A DNA stretch of 63,523 nt, taken from positions 1 through 63,523 of IMG/VR virus record IMGVR_UViG_3300046167_000749, one strand, 5' to 3'. The DNA comes from a virus. Its lineage: Duplodnaviria > Caudoviricetes. The notes below the pieces were generated by a model that worked only from the letters and a program-made list of their open reading frames with translations, was not told the origin of the DNA and ran no database searches. Shown piece after piece: positions 11,239 through 22,857 of the stretch (position 1 is its first letter; each line of letters starts with the position of its first letter). Both the position numbers and the translations under genes were made by a program.

Positions 11239-12002
11239 ATTGGGAAGAATTTAATGATGTAACACGAACTTATCTTTTAGTGGATAGCGAAAGAAAAGGT
11301 AGGGGTGTGCAAAACTACATAGATCGCATGATTGTTGCATCTGTTATTGATATGCAAAGATACATTCCTGCGTTAAGAGCAAATCAGTATAAGTTTTACT
11401 CTCCTTCTAATCTTGTAGAGCCTTCTCCTAGTGACTTAAGTTCAGTGAACTCAGAAGACTTGAATGTGCATCAGGGATCATTTACCACAGGTAAAACTCG
11501 GATTAAGCAAGTAGTTATCAGGAGAATACCCACAGAAGATAATGGGCAAGAAACCTCAAAGTATTACTACCCATCAACCATTCCATGGGAGACAAGATTC
11601 GTATTAATTGATGGAGGTATTGCCGAAAGAACGACTGGGATACCCGGCAGAATTACATTCGGATCTGATAAATTCTGGACGGGGCCAAAGTTAACAAATG
11701 AGGAAGCCATGTATATTTATTATGAAGGTGAAAATCATTACACACCAATTTTCAAAGCCACCACATCCGAAAAAGCCACTCCCGTTGTATTTGACGACAT
11801 GGTGGCGAAAGCGTCCGCTGATTATACAAAAGCCCATTTAGCACGCGAAGTTGACAACGATTTAACACAATATCAATCCTACCTAGCTATGTATACAAAA
11901 GCGCGAGCCCAAGTATTTTTGAATGAAAAAGAATACCAAAGCTCATCAATTGAGCAGGTTATCAGTAGTGGTGTAGGAGCAGGAGGATTTATAATAGGAT
12001 GA
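11235..12002 (+). CDS. Putative head-tail adaptor (tail tubular protein A-like)
   Basis: 255 aa, helical N- and C-termini around a beta core; precedes the fibre and nozzle genes. Confidence 0.5.
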   Translation: MNWEEFNDVTRTYLLVDSERKGRGVQNYIDRMIVASVIDMQRYIPALRANQYKFYSPSNLVEPSPSDLSSVNSEDLNVHQGSFTTGKTRIKQVVIRRIPTEDNGQETSKYYYPSTIPWETRFVLIDGGIAERTTGIPGRITFGSDKFWTGPKLTNEEAMYIYYEGENHYTPIFKATTSEKATPVVFDDMVAKASADYTKAHLAREVDNDLTQYQSYLAMYTKARAQVFLNEKEYQSSSIEQVISSGVGAGGFIIG

Positions 12003-14307
12003 GTGGAAGAACTACATTAAAAACTTATTTTTTAACTGGGTCATCCCCAACGGAAGCTAATTTCGCTGATCTTATTGATAGCGTATTAGTTCTATCGGAA
12101 GACATAACGGGCAGTCTTGCCTCAACATCCGATACGCTTGCTCTCTCAGCAAGTGCAGGTAAAACCTTAAATGACTCTATAACGGGAATAGATAGTCGGG
12201 TAACTGCATTAGAAGGCGCGGATAATAATTTTGCTTCTAATTACTACACTAAATCAGAGGTAGATACTAATATTTCTGCTGTAGGCAATCAATTTAACAC
12301 CCTTCCATATGCGGGACAAATATCCGCTATTGATACAAGAGTTTCTAGCTTAGAGTCTTCTTCCTCGAGCTACGCAAGTTCAGTCCACGCACATACTGTA
12401 AGCGATATAACAGGACTGCAAGATGCATTAGATTTAAAGGCAACGATTACATTTGTACGCGAGATTGAGTCTGCCTTAATTGCTACCATAAATAGCTTAG
12501 AGGTCGGGATGAATCAGCAGAGGTGGCATCCCTTCAGTCTCAGGTAAATGTAATTAATACGACTATTTCCGGATTACCTACAACATCTGATCTTGATGGT
12601 AAAGCTAGCACATCTCATTCTCATACGGTAAGTGATATTTCAGATATTAGTTCTGCCTACTATAATAAAACACAGACCGACGTTTTATTATCTAATGTTC
12701 AACCTAGTGCGCACACACACACTGAATCCGAAATAACTGATTTAGATAAATACACTAAAGCACAGACAGACTTAAAGTTTACAGATCATAATAATCTTAC
12801 AAATAATCCACATAATGTAACAAAGGCACAAGTAAGTCTTGGAAATGTGGAAAACTTGTCAGTGGCAGATTTATTTGCAACTCCTCAGGCGCAAGCATTC
12901 GCTACCGATGTAGAGCTTCAAGCTGTAAGTCTTGCAAGTAGTACACATATATCTTCTACAAATAATCCACATAATGTAACAAAAGCACAAGTAAGTTTAG
13001 GGAATGTACCTAATATAAACTTTCAAAGCTTGCTCGATACACACTTAAATGCATCTAATCCGCATAATATAAATCTAACATATTTTGATGTGTATTCTCG
13101 TGCCGAAACAGATACAAGAGTCGTACATTATATAGATACTTTAAGGTATGCTTTCAAGCCCACCACACCTACAGATGGTGCTGGTGCAGTAGGTGACATT
13201 GCGTATGATAATACAGGGCTATACTTTAAGTTTGGGGCTACAGATTGGAGGCAAATATTAGCAAGTAAAACATTCAATGATGGTTCTGCTGGTAGTAAGT
13301 TTGAGATTGAAACACCAAAGTTTGAAATAACAACGGCAGGAGGAACAAATTTATTTGCGATAGATAGTACCACAAATACTACAAGTATAAATACTGCTAT
13401 TGTTTCTATAGGTGGTGCTACAAGTATTGATAATACTCTTAATGTAACAGGCGCAGTTTCTCTCGGTGGTGATACAAATATATCTGGCCAAGTTAGCATT
13501 AGTAGCGGTTTAACCACACAAGGCGCAGTATCAATTAATAACACTCTTAATGTATCTGCTCATTCAATTTTAAGTACATTGCGAGCCACCACCGCAACAG
13601 TTGATTCATTAGATTCCGGTAGTGGAGTAATTCAAACCACGGGTCAAATATTAGGTGGAGCTACTACCGTTACTTCCCTCAGTGCAGGTTCAGGAGCAAT
13701 TTCTACCACAGGTACATTATCCACAGGAGGCGCAACAGTTACTTCACTTAGTGCGGGGAGTGGTAGCATATCTACTACAGGCACACTTTCAACCGGCGGT
13801 GCGACCGTTACATCATTATCAGCAGGATCTGGTGAAGTCTCAACAACTGGGGCAATTAAAGGTGGCACGATCGAGCCAAACAATAAAGTTAAGGCACAAA
13901 CTGGGGACTTGATCCTAGAGGGTAAGGACGGGGATGACGTTCAGGTGAATGACATCTTAAAGGTAATAAATAATGCAGAAATTAGCGGAAGCACAACTAT
14001 TGGAACTTCTTCCGTTAACGCAAATTTAGTAGTTAATGGTAACACTACGATTAGTGGAGATCTTACAATCAATGGAACAACCACAACAATTGATACGACT
14101 AATCTATTAATTGAAGATAATATGGTTGTTCTTAATAAGAATCAGACGGGAACGCCTCCTACTACACTTGATTCTGGTATTGAGGTGGAGCGTGGAAATT
14201 CCACTAATGCGAAGCTCTATTGGGATGAGGCCGCTGATAAGTGGAAGGTTAATCTTGGTGGAACCGTAAAAACCTTGGCATTTACTGAAGATGCATATTC
14301 GCAGTAA
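11999..14307 (+). CDS. Tail fibre protein (single gene split by a missing G near 12507)
   Basis: N-terminal LKTYFLTGSSPTEANFADLIDS; HxH repeats; NNPHNVTKAQVSLGNV repeats; C-terminal GDLTINGTTTTIDTTNLLIEDN...SGIEVERG fibre motif. Confidence 0.8.
12801..13008 (+). repeat. Duplicated NNPHNVTKAQVSLGNV fibre repeat (about 48 bp, 2 copies)
   Basis: AAATAATCCACATAATGTAACAAA.GCACAAGTAAGT at ~12801 and ~12960. Confidence 0.8.
13590..13866 (+). repeat. 69-bp (23-aa) tandem repeat GGATVTSLSAGSGxISTTGTLST, about 4 copies
   Basis: Seen directly in the translation; synonymous divergence between copies. Confidence 0.8.
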
Positions 14308-17004
14308 TGGCAAAAGCAAAGAGATATAAGCATGTAACTATCCACCCATCGCAAGGTGGCGCATTAATTGGGTCTACCTCTGACGACATTCCATTAACAC
14401 AAGGATCTAACTATTTAGCATCTTCTGCAAATTACACTGAAAAGTTAAACTTCAGAAGAGAAGTTGATGGAGAAGTAAGAAGAGAAGGTTGGGAATTATT
14501 TGCACCAACAGGAAATGATGATGCTATATCTAGTCAATTTCCAATAAGGGGAATATATCAATTTACGGGCACGGACGGTACTCCGGTTTTAATCGCTATA
14601 GCTGGAAATAAAGTTCTTAAATTAGAATCTGGCGACAGAAGGTTTGCCATTAATTACGGGCAAGACTTATTGAACCCTGATCCCATAGATGAGTATGCAA
14701 CTATTGATGGGGTTGATGCACCCGAACCATCTATTTCTTCTGTTGATTACTTTAATAACGATGCTGATGATTTTACTTGGTCTACAATTTACACTTTTGA
14801 AAATCATATGGATGCAAAAGAATCCGATGGAACATACAAAGATCCATACGAAGGTGGAGCATATAGATGGGAATTTGTAGAAATAAGAAATCACTTAATA
14901 ATAAATAATGGAATAGATCTACCTATCGTTTATAAGAGTGAGTATAATTTGGCTTATCCGTTATACGGATTAAGGGAAAATGGAGTGATGTCGGTTGGTA
15001 CGATAGCAAATTTTCAAGACAGATTGTTTTGCGGAGATTTAACAGTTATATCATCTGGGTTTGATGAGTGGTTTGAAGACGCAACTGACCCATATGCAAC
15101 ATTTAACCAAACTGGAGAAAGATATGTAGGTACAGATCATCCACTGCTGGGTACCGTCCAGACCCAAAGATACCAATACAGAATAGTGTACTCAGCTGAA
15201 GGCGACCCTAAGCTATTTAACGCAGGAATAGAAGAGGGTAGTTCAATTATTTCAGAATCAGGTGGATTGCCAGGAACTTTAACAGTTAATTCCTCGGGGG
15301 AATATTTATTTAATTATACTTATGACTTTGCCATAGACACACCCGCTAGCCTATACCAAGAAAGAAACTTTGGTATTTTTGGAGGCGATGAGCATGTTGG
15401 TTTGTTCTTAGATAGTTTAGGTGCTATAAAATTTGATGATGAAAATTTCACTTCTCAAAATAGAGTGGAGGCACTCAAGAGATTAGATGCAAGATTTCCC
15501 GGTCGAAATGCTAGTCTAGGTTCAGCATTTCCAGATGACGCTGGCGATTTTTTAGAGTCTGAAATTTTAGTTGAGCAGATCTCAGCGATAGAAACAAGTG
15601 GTATATTTTTTGAGAAGTTGACAGGTAAAAACCTTAAGTTTGTTAATAAAAGTGGAGCGAATATCCAACTTTTAGATCCACAATCTGGTCTTTCTTTGGG
15701 TGCGGGAACATACTCAATGGTTTTGCGACCATACGCAGAGCAAACAAGAAGACCTGCACAATTCCAAGAGTTCTCGCAGGATGGCACTAGAATATTAAAG
15801 ATGAAGGAACTGGCAGACAAACTAGTGGTTTATCGCGATTCAGGTTTTTTCTTTTTGACTAATTCTAATAGTACGCTTCAACCGTTTGCCGTTGATCCTA
15901 GATACACTGGGGGAAGAAATGCTGATTTCAGAAACACTGTAATACAAGTCTCGGGGAACCATCACTTGTTCATGGGAAATTCAGGAGTATATAAAATTAA
16001 CAGATCCTCAACTGAGCCTCAACCCGTAAGGACATTTGAGCTCGGTCCGACATTCTGGCAGATGATACCACCCGAGCTTTCTGAATTTGTTTACACTGTA
16101 GATAACCCTGTAACTCGAGAAATATTCATTAATTGCCCTCTTGGGTATAAGAAAAACTCTACAGGAGAATTAGTGGATGACTTTGGTGATAAACTGACAG
16201 AAGGTTCTCAACCTATACTTGATTGGGGCGTGATAGCTTACGACTATATTAATGAAACATTATCCCAAATAGACGCTTCTTTCACTGCTTGTGCTGCAAT
16301 AAAAAAAACCAAAGTATAATCGTGTTGGACCTGAGCAATCATGGTTTATTATGGGTGTGCATCAAGGAACTACTGCTAGTGAAATATATGTAGGTACACA
16401 ACATAGGGAAGATCCGCAAGCTGGAGGTGCTTTAGTTAGATATGGTTATGGTCCACCGATTTATGGCAATACCGAGCCATATAGAGTTTATAATCGTATA
16501 GGATATGGATACTTATCCAAGATACGTAGTGGCTTAATTGACTTCGGAGATTCATTTTCGGATAAGGAGGTAAGATCGTATGTTCTTGAATTATCAAGTA
16601 AGTATGATGTGGCTCCAATAAGGGTTAAAATTAGCACTACAACAGCACCGCAAGGAACCGAGCAGGTTGAGACTATGAGTGTAATAGATGGAGTCACATA
16701 TGATTATGTTACATTAAATCAACTTAAGGATGAAAACATGATACCCTTGTATTTAAGGGCGCCTTACATAAGGGATGAAATATCTGTATTACCTCAATAT
16801 GAAAGAAGCTCTTTAAATTATATAGAGTCTGGATATGTAAAAGAAAAAACATTAGTAAATCCTGATGGTATTCAGGTGGCGAGTTTTTACATTGTATCTA
16901 GTGAAGCCAAGGTAATTGACAATCCGGTAAAATTAGTCGGTAGAACTTTTGAGGCGTCAGGAGTCAATACTAGAGCTACAACGCAAGCAACAGGGCAGGG
17001 ATGA
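14307..17004 (+). CDS. Tail nozzle / DNA stabilisation protein (tubular B / P22 gp10-like), split at A8 run 16301-16308
   Basis: ORFs 14307-16319 and 16351-17004 join if one A is removed (IKKPKYNRVGPEQSWFIMG); beta-propeller-like composition; position. Confidence 0.6.
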
Positions 17005-17339
17005 GTGCAATAATTAGACCATTTGAAAGAACAACGGAGGCATCATTTCCCGAAAACGAAATGCTTCCTAAGAAATCGGAAGATGAAACAAAGTTCGATA
17101 AAAGATTTTCTGAATGGTGGGATGATGTAAAGTTAAACTTGGCTAGGCTAGATGACCAAATGTCAAAATACATTAAATCTGACCTAACCGAAAAAGTTAA
17201 TGAGGCTAGAAATAAAGCTGAAATTGATTTAGCTCAAGTCGATGATGCATCAAAGGCAAAAACGGCTTTATTATCAAGTGATGTTATTTTGTTACAAAAT
17301 GAAATTAACGCAATTAAAGCAAATTTATACTCTCAGTGA
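17001..17339 (+). CDS. Hypothetical protein (coiled coil)
   Basis: 112-aa coupled ORF. Confidence 0.65.
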   Translation: MSAIIRPFERTTEASFPENEMLPKKSEDETKFDKRFSEWWDDVKLNLARLDDQMSKYIKSDLTEKVNEARNKAEIDLAQVDDASKAKTALLSSDVILLQNEINAIKANLYSQ

Positions 17340-17358
17340 TGAACACCCAAAATAATAT

Positions 17359-17392
17359 TTGCCTAGATTGTAACAATAATATTATAGTTACA
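17359..17392 (+). promoter_or_regulatory. Promoter with TGTAACA box
   Basis: TTGCCT (17359-17364), 18 nt, TATAGT (17383-17388); TGTAACA at 17369-17375 and GTTACA at 17387-17392. Confidence 0.5.
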
Positions 17393-17402
17393 TAGTATAG
17401 AT

Positions 17403-19352
17403 ATGCCTACAACACGAACAGTAACAGCTAGATTATCTTTCAGGAAGGGAAGCACGGCAGATTGGGCGGCTAATGATCCTATACTTCAAGACTCTGAGCC
17501 TGCATGGGATAACACATTAAGAGCATTAAAAATAGGAGATGGCGTTCGTGGTTGGTCTGAAATGGACTATATTGCCAAGGGATCTCCAAATCCAAACATT
17601 ACAGTAGCTGATGACCCTGGTGCGGTTAACTTTGCAAACTATGCACAGAAGGGGAACATGATGTATGAATTGTCCTCAAGTGCATTATATATTGCTACAG
17701 TCTCAGCGACTTTGGTAAACGTTGCCCCAAGATCAAATTTCATATCAGATGATATTGGTAAGTCAGTTATAGGCCCAGCAGCACCAACTCAAGTTGTAGA
17801 TGTTTACATTCTAGCTGGTCAATCCAATGCACATGGCCATGCCAATGTTTCTGCGCTTAACTCAAGCTTGCAAACCCAAGATGGATTATTCTACACATCC
17901 TGGCATGATGACACCTCAAACGCATCAACAAGCCAATATTATTCTGATTGGGAAAGTTCATTAGTCGCTGGAAGTACAGTAGGAGTTAATAATAGTTCTA
18001 CCATTGGTGGTAGTGCAAAGTTCGGGCCTGAGATTGGATTTGCAGCTAGAGCTGAACAAATAAATTTGACCGGAAGTAATAAGCTAGCAATTTTAAAACA
18101 CGCAATTGGAGCAAGCACGTTAGTAGATGACGCGACAGACCCCACGGGTGGTCTTTCGGACTGGGACCTAACAGCAACTGGAGACAGAAGGGGGGACGCA
18201 TTGCGAGCGTTTAAACTTTCAATTGCGGACGGCTTAACGAAACTAACAAACATAGGCTATAGTTATAGGCTAGCTGGTTTTGTTTGGTGGCAAGGCGAAA
18301 GTGGAACAAGCGTGAGTGGGCTTAATGCATTAATTTCTCACATTCGTGATTGGTTGGATACTAATTACACACTTGATATGCCTAAGGCACAATTCCCGTT
18401 CGTAATAACCAAAATTGGATACGGTACCGATCTAACGCCAGTTTCTAGTGCGGATAGCAATATAGGCATTGTTGATGCTGGTGCATACGGACACTCTGGC
18501 TCAAATAACCACATAGGAACATCGACAAACCCTGACACCACAGGAACAGGTGTAAACGATATGTTTGAAATTGGTGAGGCGTTTGCGGACAAGATGCAAT
18601 TAGCCATAAGCGGAAGCGCCAATCCACCATGGGATCCATCATCTATTACTACTCGTTTGTGGTTAGATATGGACGATCAGACAACCTTTACTTCGTCTGG
18701 CGGTAATGTCACAGCTATCGCAGATAAGTCAGGTAATAACTACGACTTTAATGCAGCGGGAGGTAGTACGCTTACCGCTGTTAATACATCACAGAACGGC
18801 AAGAATATCTTGCGCTTCGACAACAACTCAGACGCAACTACGGCAAGGACTGTAGCCTTCCCGTCGGCAGTTCATAGATACTACTTTGTAGTAAAGGTCA
18901 CAGCGTCAGATAATCACGATGCTCTAGTTACTATCCATAAGTCAAACCCCACCCATCAGATGATTATGTTCAACTTTAGTGGTAACGGAGTATTCTCTGG
19001 CGATTGGTACATGAGTCCAGGGACGCACATAACAAGCAACTCATCAAACTTACTTAACCAATGGGTAATGCTATCTATTGAACTTGATGTACCTAATGCT
19101 AGGGCAACCACATCTTTAAACGGCACACCTTACAACACTAATTCCGCACAGTCTGGACTATCAAATTTTGGCCAAGTTTCGGTTAAATTAAATGATTATC
19201 AGAACAACGCAGACTCTGATTGGGGTGAGGTGATATTCGTAGAAGATGCAACGCAGTCTAACTCAGACAAAATTGAAGGTTACCTCGCACATAAGTGGGG
19301 ACTGACGGCAGACCTACCTTCGAATCATCCGTATAAAACAACAGCACCATGA
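17403..19352 (+). CDS. Tail spike: Mtd-N-like head + sialate O-acetylesterase (SASA/SGNH) + LamG-like domain
   Basis: RKGSTADWAANDPIL...LKIGDG (Mtd N-terminal-like); VYILAGQSNAHG, FGPEIGF and WWQGES (SASA family motifs); C-terminal IEGYLAHKWGL. Confidence 0.8.
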   Translation: MPTTRTVTARLSFRKGSTADWAANDPILQDSEPAWDNTLRALKIGDGVRGWSEMDYIAKGSPNPNITVADDPGAVNFANYAQKGNMMYELSSSALYIATVSATLVNVAPRSNFISDDIGKSVIGPAAPTQVVDVYILAGQSNAHGHANVSALNSSLQTQDGLFYTSWHDDTSNASTSQYYSDWESSLVAGSTVGVNNSSTIGGSAKFGPEIGFAARAEQINLTGSNKLAILKHAIGASTLVDDATDPTGGLSDWDLTATGDRRGDALRAFKLSIADGLTKLTNIGYSYRLAGFVWWQGESGTSVSGLNALISHIRDWLDTNYTLDMPKAQFPFVITKIGYGTDLTPVSSADSNIGIVDAGAYGHSGSNNHIGTSTNPDTTGTGVNDMFEIGEAFADKMQLAISGSANPPWDPSSITTRLWLDMDDQTTFTSSGGNVTAIADKSGNNYDFNAAGGSTLTAVNTSQNGKNILRFDNNSDATTARTVAFPSAVHRYYFVVKVTASDNHDALVTIHKSNPTHQMIMFNFSGNGVFSGDWYMSPGTHITSNSSNLLNQWVMLSIELDVPNARATTSLNGTPYNTNSAQSGLSNFGQVSVKLNDYQNNADSDWGEVIFVEDATQSNSDKIEGYLAHKWGLTADLPSNHPYKTTAP

Positions 19353-19585
19353 ACGTACTTTATACAATAACGCAAGTTAATGGTAGTACCGCCTTGGTAT
19401 CAGATGGTGTAAAAACAATAACCATAGATATGGCAAATCGTGGCACATCTTGGGAATTTTCAAATACACCAGCAACTGTAGTTACTGTTACAGGTGGTGC
19501 ATCGGGACCCGATGGTGTTATGCAAACTGAACTTGAAGACTTTTTAACAACTGAATCAGGAGACTTCTTAGAATTTGAAGAATAA
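19349..19585 (+). CDS. Small virion protein
   Basis: 78 aa with the C-terminal LTTESGDFLEFE motif seen before phage fibre genes. Confidence 0.6.
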   Translation: MNVLYTITQVNGSTALVSDGVKTITIDMANRGTSWEFSNTPATVVTVTGGASGPDGVMQTELEDFLTTESGDFLEFEE

Positions 19586-19588
19586 ATT

Positions 19589-21085
19589 ATGGCTAATAAA
19601 AAATTGACCGAACTTCCAGAGCTACAATCTGCAGATGTAGATGGCGCCGATATTATACCCGTAGTGGATGACATTGGTGGTACACCAATCACCAAGAAGG
19701 TGACCATTACAAATTTGATGGGACAAGCACCCGTTCAGCAAGCTGACATTGCTGACTTTGCCACTCAGGTATCTTTAGGTAATGTACAAGTATCCCTAGG
19801 TAACCTTCAGTCATCTTTAGGAACTGCAGCCACAACTGCATCTTCTGATTACGCAACTTCAGCTCAGGGAGCTAAGGCTGATTCGGCACAGCAACCACCA
19901 TCTGAAGGTGCATTCGCAGATGGGGATAAGACTAAGTTAGATGGAATTGAGGCTAGTGCAGATGTGACAGACACGACAAATGTTACATCTGCGGGTGCAT
20001 TAATGGATTCAGAAGTTACGAATCTAGCAGATGTAAAGGCGTTTAGCACAACTGATTACGCAACCTCCGCACAGGGAGCTAAGGCAGATTCAGCTTTGCA
20101 AAATGCCGGAGTAGATCTTTCGGTCTCAGGTAATATCCTTAAACTAATTGATCCAAACGGAACTCAAATAGGCAGTAATATAGATCTTTCTTTATACTTA
20201 GATGATACAAACCTTGCACGTATTACATCTGGTACACTTGCTTCAAGTGGCATAGCCACATTTACTCGTGATGATTCTACTACCTTCACAATAGATTTAT
20301 CAAACTTAACACCGTCAGATGCCGAAATCAAAACGGGCTACGAGAATAACGCTGATACCAATGCATTCACAGATGCTGAGAAAACAAAGTTATCAAATGC
20401 AATAGTATCAGGAGCGGTAAATCCTGTATATTTCGCTGATCAAGCTGCATTTCCTAGTGCATCTTCTAACCATGGAGCGGTTGCACATTCACACGCTGAC
20501 GGAGCAATGTATTTCGCACATGGTGGATCTTGGGTTAAATTAGCAAATGATTCAGATATTGCACTAGCATCACTTAGTGATCTTACACTATCTGCTTCAC
20601 CCGTTAGTGAGGATGTGGTAAAATACAATGGTAGTGCATGGGTAAGTGGTCAGGTATCTGTTGATGTAGATACTCCGCTAAGTGATGCACTCCGTGGAAC
20701 GGATGATGTTCATATAGGAGCACACCCACAGCAATCAACTAAGGTGATGGACAGTGTACCTGAAGGAAATGCTTTTATGGCTGCTGATGCAAGTGGACTT
20801 AAGTTCTTAGTTAAGGAAGCATCTGCTAGTGTGTTTGTTGTAAAAGGACCAAGTGCATCACCTGTCAGATTGGCAGAAGCATCTGAGCTACCGAGCTTTA
20901 GTTTAACAAAAGATTCAGGAGAGCCTGATGTTGAGATCACGGATTCAGATGGTGAAGTTTACTCTGTCATATCAGGAGATTCTGACTCATTAGGATCAAA
21001 TGGATTACCCATTAGACAGGGCTACCAGTTCCCAAGTATAGGCTCAAATCCATCACCATTATTAATATCAGGCGGAACAATTTAA
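19589..21085 (+). CDS. Tail fibre protein
   Basis: MANKKLTELPEL...TKKVTITNL head; DYATSAQGAKADSA repeats; DKTKLDGIEASADVT fibre motif. Confidence 0.75.
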   Translation: MANKKLTELPELQSADVDGADIIPVVDDIGGTPITKKVTITNLMGQAPVQQADIADFATQVSLGNVQVSLGNLQSSLGTAATTASSDYATSAQGAKADSAQQPPSEGAFADGDKTKLDGIEASADVTDTTNVTSAGALMDSEVTNLADVKAFSTTDYATSAQGAKADSALQNAGVDLSVSGNILKLIDPNGTQIGSNIDLSLYLDDTNLARITSGTLASSGIATFTRDDSTTFTIDLSNLTPSDAEIKTGYENNADTNAFTDAEKTKLSNAIVSGAVNPVYFADQAAFPSASSNHGAVAHSHADGAMYFAHGGSWVKLANDSDIALASLSDLTLSASPVSEDVVKYNGSAWVSGQVSVDVDTPLSDALRGTDDVHIGAHPQQSTKVMDSVPEGNAFMAADASGLKFLVKEASASVFVVKGPSASPVRLAEASELPSFSLTKDSGEPDVEITDSDGEVYSVISGDSDSLGSNGLPIRQGYQFPSIGSNPSPLLISGGTI

Positions 21086-21089
21086 AGTC

Positions 21090-22853
21090 ATGTCAATTCA
21101 AAGCGTACAATCAAAATACCCAAACGCTGTTTGGTTTGACTCTAATCACGGATCTACGGGTACGGGAACTTTAAGCGACCCTTACAACAGCATTACCACA
21201 GCAATGACTAACGCCGGAGCTAATGGGGTGGTTGCTATAAAAAACGGCACACACCAAACAAACAGGATTACCGTCAGTCACGATAATATCACATTTGTAG
21301 GTGAGTCTACCGAGGCAGTACTCTCAAGCTCAACATCTAGTGCTTACGGTTGTAGTGTTAGTGCAGATAATCAAAATCGTTCTTTCACACTAGAAACACT
21401 TAAGGTCTACCATAACTCTTCTAGTAACGCCGTGGATACAAGAACTATTATTTCAGGAGGTAATACTGCTGGAAATTTTGTTAAAATATACGGTTGTATT
21501 TTAGAAATGGGACCCAATACCTACGGAACCACTTCATATAATAGAGGTATGTTTGGTGGGAGAAATAATCAAGTGGACTGGACTATCCACGATACACAGA
21601 TAACCTCTGCTGCTACTACGGGAGGGATTTTACTTGGAGGCAGTAACGGAGAAAGACCGTCAAAAAGCATGGACATGCAAAGGTGTACAATATATGTGGC
21701 TGGTGGAACCGCCACACTTCTTGATGGAAGTTTTGCCTCACTCGCTGGAGGATTCACATACAAAAATAATATACTATATGGATCAAATGGTAGCGAAGTT
21801 TGGAATAGTTTGCCTGTCACTTCTAGTAATAATTGTTATTACAATACTAGCTACTCTAGTTCTTCAACAGGATTAGGTACAGGCAACATCTTCGCAGACC
21901 CACTATTTGTAGATGTCGGAAACAAAGACTTCCGCCTTCGCCCCGGATCACCATGCATTGATGACAGCGAACCATCGTTGCAGGATTTATATCCAAATGC
22001 TATTTGGGTTAGTGGGGGATACTCAGGTACACAGGCGGGAACATACAGTCAACCCTATGATGATCTTAGAACTGCTGTAGATTCAACCGCATCTTCAGAT
22101 ATAGTGATATGTGTAAAAGCAGGGACTACTAGCCTTGTAGGAGGAAACTACGTACCCCAACAACACACATCGGTTACTATAATTGGCGAGAATGGTACAA
22201 CCATTGACTCAGGGGGCGCAACTGCTTTCGGAGCATTTTTTGGCGCCACAGGAACATATACATTTAAGAATATTGATTTTTTAAATAACGCAACAACTGC
22301 GAATGGGCATATCAGGGGTTTCATAGGTGATAAATTTGATCATTTAGTATTAGAAGAATGCACATACAAATCAGCAGATACTACTGCACAGCGTGGTCCG
22401 TTTAAGGCAAAGAAAATAACTGCAAAAAATTGCTTCTTTGAGTCATATGTTTTGTTTGTTTCTGTGGATGTACATGTACTAAATCATACTCAAAATGGTT
22501 TAACTGCTGAGAATTGTACATTCTACAATAAGAAAAATAATTTTGCAGGCAGTATTAGTGGATCAGCTGATCAAACAAAAGTATTGCAAGTTAGTAGCAT
22601 TTCCAACACTGCCACTTACACAAATTGTATTTTTTACGCACAGGGCATGTCAAATACAACGACCGGATTAACAGGTAATAATTTTACAGGAAAAACATTT
22701 ACCGATTGCTGTGTATATTCACCCGATAGCTTCCTAGACGATTTCACGGCAAGTCAGGATTCGGGAACTCCTGTATTATCTGATCCACTATTTGTAGACC
22801 GAACAAGCGGTGACTTTCGCCTTCGTCCCGGATCACCCTGCATAACAATTTAA
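21090..22853 (+). CDS. Tandem two-domain parallel beta-helix (pectin-lyase-like) tail protein
   Basis: Two units, each beginning YPNA(V/I)W...GT...PY and ending DPLFVD...DFRLRPGSPCI. Confidence 0.7.
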   Translation: MSIQSVQSKYPNAVWFDSNHGSTGTGTLSDPYNSITTAMTNAGANGVVAIKNGTHQTNRITVSHDNITFVGESTEAVLSSSTSSAYGCSVSADNQNRSFTLETLKVYHNSSSNAVDTRTIISGGNTAGNFVKIYGCILEMGPNTYGTTSYNRGMFGGRNNQVDWTIHDTQITSAATTGGILLGGSNGERPSKSMDMQRCTIYVAGGTATLLDGSFASLAGGFTYKNNILYGSNGSEVWNSLPVTSSNNCYYNTSYSSSSTGLGTGNIFADPLFVDVGNKDFRLRPGSPCIDDSEPSLQDLYPNAIWVSGGYSGTQAGTYSQPYDDLRTAVDSTASSDIVICVKAGTTSLVGGNYVPQQHTSVTIIGENGTTIDSGGATAFGAFFGATGTYTFKNIDFLNNATTANGHIRGFIGDKFDHLVLEECTYKSADTTAQRGPFKAKKITAKNCFFESYVLFVSVDVHVLNHTQNGLTAENCTFYNKKNNFAGSISGSADQTKVLQVSSISNTATYTNCIFYAQGMSNTTTGLTGNNFTGKTFTDCCVYSPDSFLDDFTASQDSGTPVLSDPLFVDRTSGDFRLRPGSPCITI

Positions 22854-22857
22854 AGCC

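Noticed and set aside
13590-13866. CRISPR-like or non-coding repeat array
   Set aside because: In-frame 69-bp coding repeats with no unique spacers
12500-16320. Programmed frameshifts at ~12507 and ~16305
   Set aside because: One-base changes in G or A runs restore continuous proteins; no stimulatory structure seen; same error class as elsewhere
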